A DNA stretch of 13,211 bases from Octopus sinensis (Eukaryota), in contig NW_021826296.1 in assembly GCF_006345805.1 (NCBI RefSeq), positions 1 to 13,211 of the forward strand. Reading direction: 5' to 3'. The translations under genes and the position numbers were made by a program. This document shows positions 7,554 through 13,211 of the stretch, piece after piece. Numbering within the stretch: the first letter of the stretch is position 1; each line of letters opens with the position of its first letter. Below the pieces are notes generated by a model. It did no database searches. It was not told the origin of the DNA and saw nothing but the letters and a program-made list of their open reading frames with translations.

Positions 7554-7764
7554 TCTATTTCGTCCCAGATAACTGGCTTGTTATATTTGCATTTGATAGA
7601 AGTTTAGATGGGAATATTTCATCAATATTCCTTGTGGTCATATGTATGTATGCATTCAATAACAGGAGCAATATTTATATTCTAGGGCAACCTTTCTTAT
7701 GCAAGTATACGTGTATGCATGAATGCATATACATATACGCATGCATTTAGGCATATATTGGTAT

Positions 7765-7900
7765 GCATGTATGTGTATATGTATGTATGTATGTATGTGT
7801 ATGTATGTATGTATGTATGTATGTATGTATGTATGTATGTATGTGTATGTATGTATGTATGTATGCATGTATGTACGCATGAATATATGTATGTATGCAT
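7765..7900. repeat. (TATG)n microsatellite
   Basis: Direct inspection. Confidence 0.95.
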
Positions 7901-7913
7901 GCAAGCGCGTATA

Positions 7914-8096
7914 GGCGTAGGAGTGGCTGTGTGGTAAGTAGCTTGCTTACCAACCACATAGTTACGGTTCAGTCCCACTGCATGGCACCTTGGGCAAGTG
8001 TCTTCTACTATAACATCGGGCCGCCCAATGCCTTGTGAGTGGATTTGGTAGACGGAAACTGAAAGAAGCCCGTTGTATATATGTATATGTGTGTGT

Positions 8097-8142
<46 letters not shown>

Positions 8143-8363
8143 TGTGTGTGTATGTTTGTGTGTCTGTGTTTGTCCGCCAACATCGCTTGACAACCGATGC
8201 TGGTATGTTTACGTCCCCGTAACTTAGCTGTTCGGCAAAATAAACCGATAGAATGAGTACTAGGCTTACAAAGAATAAGTCCTGGGGTCGATTTGCTCGA
8301 GTAAATGCGGTGCTCCAGCATGGCCACAATCAAATGACTGAAACAAGTAAAAGAGTAAAAGAG
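7914..8363 (+). mobile_element. Full-length tRNA-derived SINE (octopus type) with internal (TG)n
   Basis: A box TGGCTGTGTGG (7924-7934), B box GGTTCAGTCCC (7966-7976), CORE-like GCACCTTGGGCAAGTGTCTT, internal (TG)n at about 8085-8150, and a tail with repeated AAAAGAGT. Homologous pieces occur at 10080-10394 and 5759-5807. Confidence 0.85.
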
Positions 8364-8432
8364 TATGTATGTATGTATGTATGTATGTATGTATGTATGT
8401 ATGTATGTATGTATGCATGCATGCATACATAC
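8364..8432. repeat. (TATG)n microsatellite at the SINE 3' end
   Basis: Direct inspection. Confidence 0.9.
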
Positions 8433-8635
8433 ATATTCTTCTGGTTCTATCTTTCAGAGATATCTCCGTTAGTGAGAAAGGCACCATTTATGGAATTAAG
8501 ATATCAACTTGGTCAAATTATGTCATATATGTGTGAATATATAAATTTATGTGTGTGTGCATATGTGTGTGATTGTGTGTGCGTGTCTGTGAGAGTGTTT
8601 GTGTATGTGTGCGTGTGCGTACGTATGTATATATT

Positions 8636-9673
8636 ATTTCTTTATTGCCCACAAGGGGCTAAACATAGAGGGGACAAACAAGGACAGACAAAGGGATTAA
8701 GTCGATTACATCGATCCCAGTGCGAAACTGGTACTTAATTTATCGACCCCACAAAGGATGAAAGGCAAAGTCGACCTCGGCGGAATTTGAACTCAGAACG
8801 TAACGGCAGACGAAATACCTATTTCTATTTCTTTATTACCCACAAGGGGCTAAACATAGAAGGGACAAACAAGGACAGACATAGGTATTAAGTCGATTAC
8901 ATAGACCCCAGTGCGTAACTGGTGCTTAATTTATCGACCCTGAAAGGATGAAAGGCAAAGTCGACCTCGGCGGAATTTGAACTCACAACGTAACGGCAGA
9001 CGAAACCTATTTCTTTATTACCCACAAGGGGCTAAACACAGAGGAAACAAACAAGGACAGACATAGGTATTAAGTCGATTACATCGACCCCAGTTCGTAA
9101 CTGGTACTTAATTTATCGACCCCGAAAGGATGAAAGGCAAAGTCGACCTCGGCGGAATTTGAACTCACAACGTAACGCAGACGAAATACCGCTAAGCATT
9201 TCGCCCGGCGTGCTAACGTTTCTGCCAGCTGCATTTCGCCCGGCGTGCTAACGTTCTTATATTTTTACTAACCACAAGGGGCTACACACAGAGGAGGCAA
9301 ACAAGAACAGACAAAGGGATTAAGTCGTTTACATCGACCTCAGTACGTAACCGGTACTTAATTTATCGACCCCGAAAGGATGAAAGGCAAAGTCGACCTC
9401 GGCGGAATTTGAACTCAGGACGTAATGGCAGACGAAATACCTATTTCTTTATTACCCACAAGGGGCTAAACATAGAGGGGACAAACAGGGACAGACATAG
9501 ATATTAAGTCGATTACATCGACCCCAGTGCGTAACTGGTACTTAATTTTTCGACCCCGAAAGGATGAAAGGCAAAGCCGACCTCGGCGGAATTTGAACTC
9601 AGAACGTAACGGCAGACGAAATACTGTTAAGCACTTCGCCCGGCTTGCTAACATTTCCGCCAGCTCGCCGCCC
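8636..9673 (-). mobile_element. Tandem array of five ~183-bp bodies of a second tRNA-derived SINE
   Basis: Units lie at about 8636-8820, 8821-9008, 9009-9190, 9260-9442 and 9443-9625. Heads with an A-box-like motif occur only at 9626-9673 and 9191-9255. A B-box-like GAGTTCAAATTCC occurs in every unit (e.g. 9600-9588). Confidence 0.85.
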
Positions 9674-10079
9674 ATATATACGTATGTATATATGTATGCA
9701 CGTATCTGCACACATTTGTACGTGTATACATACATGTTTGTTTGTCTGCATGTTGCTGCGTGCATGAATACATGTTTTGTCCTGAGCATATGTATACAGA
9801 CAAACTTACATGTTAATACATCTGAATGCGAATATATACTACAGACTAAACTTCCAGAATGTTTCACGAATTCTTACACATCCAATAGCAGCTTTTAATT
9901 ACTTTTTTCTAATTAGCTAGGTATTTCCTGATTACATAAATGAATCTGAAGATACAGTTCGTTTGGCTGTAATATCTTCCGATTTCTTGTTAGGGTACCA
10001 TGTTTTCTTTTTTTTTTTTTTCATTAACGTCGGATGGACAATTGATTTCTTCGTTTTTGATTATTATACCTTTTATCGC

Positions 10080-10394
10080 TTACTTGTTTCAGTCACTAGA
10101 CTGCGGCCATGCTGGGGTACTGCCCCGAAGAGTTTACCCGAATAAATCAACACCAGTGGTTGTTTCCAAGCCTAGTTCTTATTCTATGGGTCTCCTTTGC
10201 CGAACAGCTAATGTTACGGGGATGTAAACAAATTAACACCGGTTGTCGAGCAATACACACACACATACATACGAGGGGATTCCTCACAATTTCCGTTTAC
10301 CAAATTCACTCATAAAGCACCGGTCGGCCCTAGACTGAATCCAAAACAACGTGGTTGAAAAATAAGCTTCTTAGCCATACAGCCATATCTGCGT
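10080..10394 (-). mobile_element. Degraded, internally deleted copy of the 7914-8363 SINE family
   Basis: Reverse-complement similarity to the tail (ACTTGTTTCAGTCA..CTGCGGCCATGCTGG), the body (TTTGCCGAACAGCTAA, TTTCCGTTTACCAAATTCACTCA) and the head (CATACAGCCA). Confidence 0.8.
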
Positions 10395-10429
10395 CTTGAT
10401 GCCTATTTGTCTGACATCTGGCTTTTATC

Positions 10430-10430
<1 letters not shown>

Positions 10431-10469
<39 letters not shown>

Positions 10470-10481
10470 ATTATTATTATT

Positions 10482-10538
<57 letters not shown>
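10431..10538. repeat. Compound (ATT)n(GTT)n microsatellite
   Basis: Direct inspection. Confidence 0.95.
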
Positions 10539-10545
10539 ATTAGTA

Positions 10546-11220
10546 TTAGTTAGTTAGTTAATTTTTTGGCTCAAAACACAAAAAAGCAAGGCCATGTAGG
10601 GGGACATGGAGTTATGTACAGGGTGGTGTTCATGTAAAGAGTTCAGGCCACTTGTAGTCAAGGGAGACTTTGAACCGAGTGGTCGTCGGCATCTTCACCA
10701 TCTCGTCCGGCAGCTTATTCCACGGATCCGAAACCCGCACGGAGAAAGCTCCTCTCCTTCGATTGAGACGAAATCGTCGCAGATAGAGCTTTTCGGAATG
10801 ACCCCGCAGCCGACACTCTGGAGCAGGAGTGAAGAACAGCTCCCTCGAGAGGTTACACTTTCCGCTTATGATGATGTGAGCAAGAATGAGATCACCACGG
10901 CATCGTCGTTTTTCTAGAGAATAAAGGTCAAGCGTTTTCAGCCTTTCTTCATAAGACAAATTCTTGAGACCTAGAACCATGCGGGTAGCCAGCTTCTTGA
11001 CTCTTTCGAGATGCTGTATGTCTTTGAGGAGATAAGGAGAAGAGGCTTGAATCCCGTACTCCAATATGGGTCTCACCAGCGTGACATAGAGCAGTAGGAA
11101 TATGGCTGCTGTGAGCATTCCGAATGATCGTCGAATCAAGAACAGAACTCCGCGTGCTTTGTTGGCAGCATGGATGCACTGGGCCGAAGGCGAAAAGGAG
11201 GAATCCACCAAGATACCCAT
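10546..11220 (-). mobile_element. 5'-truncated CR1-type LINE
   Basis: Consists of an ORF2 C-terminus, a short 3' UTR with hairpin CCATGT-n6-ACATGG (10592-10609) and a (TAAC)n tail (10546-10561). Confidence 0.9.
10630..11220 (-). pseudogene. CR1-type ORF2 C-terminal region (uninterrupted 196 codons, truncated at its 5' end)
   Basis: Motifs LYVTLVRPILEYG, LERV..LATRM..GL..LSYEERL..L.L.SLEKRR.RGDLI and FSVRV..PWN.LP are characteristic of CR1/L2-group ORF2. Confidence 0.9.
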
Positions 11221-11302
11221 TATTATTATTATTATTTCTCATACGCACAGCAGATTAGACTATTGGAAAAAATATCCTGATACCGGGTTACAACAAATAA
11301 CC

Positions 11303-11647
11303 TCAGATGCCAAGAACTCTCCTAAGTATTCTAGCTGTCTCTAATAACACTGTTTTCTGCAGCTATACTAAACTGGGTTTTATGCCCATTTCCTCTATCC
11401 ATCTATCCAAATCTTTAGGGTTAGTTCCTAATGCACCATTAACTACTGGGATACATTTTACCTGCAATTTCCATAGTCTCTGTAACTCAATAGCTAGGTC
11501 CTTGTGCTTTGTTATTTTCTCTATACCTCTCATATTGACTTTCTCATCATTTAGGACTGTAAAGTCAATTATCTGGCATTTTCTCTTCTCTTTGTTTACT
11601 ACTACTAAATCAGGCCTTCTAGCTTCTACTGAATACTGAAGTCCCAC
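11303..11647 (-). pseudogene. Restriction-like endonuclease domain remnant
   Basis: RRPDLVVVNKEKRKCQIIDF...EKITKHKDLAIELQRLW...IPVVNGALG is the PD-(D/E)xK-type RLE signature. Confidence 0.88.
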
Positions 11648-11772
11648 TACATCTTATATTTCTTGCTTTCAAGTACTTTACTAGGTTCATATTCATTTAT
11701 CAATATGGTCAAATCCTAGCTTTCTACATAACTCCCAGTGGATTATTCTTTCTGGGTTGTCATGTCTTTCTT

Positions 11773-11967
11773 CTATTCTTTCTGTGCCTGCATGCTACAT
11801 TCACTTACTATATGAGTAACACTTTCATTTTCTGATTTACATAATCTACATTGGGAATCTCCCTGGTTTTCGTCTATCTTGGCTTTTATCCAATTAGTCA
11901 TTAATGCTTGATCTTGTGTTGCTACTAACAAGCTTTCTGTCTCCCTATTCAGCCTCCCTTTCTGCAA
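11773..11967 (-). pseudogene. CCHC zinc-knuckle region remnant
   Basis: ETESLLVATQDQAL.T.W...CRLCKSENESVTHIVSEC. Confidence 0.88.
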
Positions 11968-12175
11968 CCATAACCATGTCTCACTACTCCTATTTCTTGC
12001 AATTGTCTTTGGGAATCTACCACAGAAAGCCTTCTCTTACCAGTTAGATAATCTTTCTTCTTTTTTCTGGTTTTTAACTTCATTTGGCTTTTTGGTTTCC
12101 CTATGTCCCACTGTGACTGTAGCTGCTCTTAATAAACTTTCTTCACTATTACCTACATAGGAGGCAATATCTACT

Positions 12176-13035
12176 CTAGCTACCTCCACGCAGTTCTACT
12201 GATATAAACCCTCTTCCAGCTTCCTTTCTAGGTAAGTATAATCTTGCAACTCCTGCTCTTGGATGACGTCCTTCATTCATATTGAATTCCTTCTTAGTTC
12301 TTCTGTCTAAATTTGCTAATTCAGATTTTGTCCAATCTAAAAAAGCTGCTGTGTATTTAAGTAACGACACTACCCAAGTATTTACAGTCTTCACTAGATT
12401 CGGACCATTTAGCTTTGACTTCATTAGCTTCCTCACCCTTCATTAGCTTCTTCAATTTTCATTTTCATTTCTATAGTTAGTACTCTGTCAGATTCTAATA
12501 CTCCTAGATACTTATAACTCTCTGCTCCTTTCAGTGATTTTAATGTCTAGCCATCTGGTAATTGAATGTCTTCACTGTTGACTACCCGTTCCTTTTTCAC
12601 AACTAGTATTGCACACTTATCTATGCCAAATTCCATGCCTATATCTTTGCTGAAGAGTCTTACAGTCTGTATTAAGGAATCTATCCCTTTTTCATTCTTA
12701 CTAAAAAGCTTCAGATCATCCATGTAGAGCAAGTGGTTAGTTTGTCCTTAACTATTTCTGAACTGATACCTTCCTTTTGCCTTCCTTAATACTAAACTGA
12801 GGGGCATTAAACATAAGACAAATATTAAAGAGGATAACGAGTCTCCTTGGAAAATTCCTCTCTTGATATTAAGTTTCCCTAAGGCTGTGTCACCTGAGTA
12901 GAGATCTATTTTCAGTTTCTTCATGCTAAAGCTAATTAATTCGCTTACGTTCTCTGCAACACTGAATATACTCAAACATTCACTTATTCATGAGTGTGGT
13001 ATCATATCATAGGCTTTCTTATAAACTATACATGT
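12176..13035 (-). pseudogene. Reverse transcriptase core remnant (multiple stops and frameshifts)
   Basis: YKKAYDMIPHS*I (from about 13023), IKRGIFQGDSLS (12748-12975 frame), LYMDDLKL (12547-12732 frame), then the KSKLNGPNLVK..NTWVVS region. Confidence 0.92.
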
Positions 13036-13134
13036 ATGCCTAGAGGGAGAACAGTACTCCTTATGAAAGAAAAATGCCAGGGTAATACAGCTAGCAATTA
13101 CAGACCAACCACTTTCTTACCATTAGCGTGGTAA
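13033..13134 (+). pseudogene. Inverted upstream RT segment of the same element type
   Basis: The plus-strand frame reads CMPRGRTVLLMKEKCQGNTASNYRPTTFLPLAW*, matching the GRTVL..K....NYRPI.CL RT motif. Confidence 0.85.
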
Positions 13135-13211
13135 GCATGTTGAATATGTCCGAACAATAACTTTAGATTAATACATGTAAACAAGAAATATCCAACTAAT
13201 TAGAAAATGGT

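Larger units (their letters stand above)
11237..13035 (-). mobile_element. Decayed 5'-truncated R4/Dong-clade non-LTR retrotransposon
   Basis: Collinear RT, CCHC and restriction-like endonuclease fragments. The stop is at 11305-11303 (LGI*), followed by a short 3' UTR abutting (TAA)n at 11221-11236. Confidence 0.88.

Noticed and set aside
7914-7985. tRNA gene
   Set aside because: A and B boxes are present but there is no convincing cloverleaf, and the sequence continues into a SINE body.
6276-8738. Many ORFs rich in MYVC / HTYI / THTH
   Set aside because: They are translations of (TATG)n and (CA)n microsatellites.
8636-9673. Regularly spaced repeats resembling a CRISPR array
   Set aside because: The whole ~183-bp unit repeats with no unique spacers, the context is eukaryotic, and there are no cas genes.
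9930-9970. Minus-strand micro-exon
   Set aside because: The acceptor lacks a pyrimidine tract.
10606-11639. Plus-strand ORFs 10606-10917, 11102-11344, 11307-11639 and the minus-strand ORF 10949-11248
   Set aside because: These are antisense or alternative-frame shadows of the LINE coding sequences.

Overview
AT-rich, repeat-saturated animal genomic DNA, very probably from Octopus (inferred from the SINE types and the microsatellite density). No complete host gene is present, and nearly all ORFs in the supplied track are microsatellite artefacts. Supported elements: a decayed R4/Dong-clade non-LTR retrotransposon (RT, CCHC, restriction-like endonuclease) with an inverted 5' piece; a 5'-truncated CR1-type LINE with an open reading frame, sitting in the adjacent (TAA)n tract; a decayed DD41D (rosa-type) Tc1/mariner; a TA-flanked MITE with related TIRs; two non-autonomous Helitrons; tRNA-derived SINEs, including a five-unit tandem array; and several long foldbacks. 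There is one good candidate terminal host exon on the minus strand (7190-7269) and one weaker candidate on the plus strand. The most notable signal is a set of hammerhead-ribozyme-like motifs: one with a complete catalytic core (4917-4978) and four degenerate minimal ones inside a dispersed, Penelope-like repeat family.
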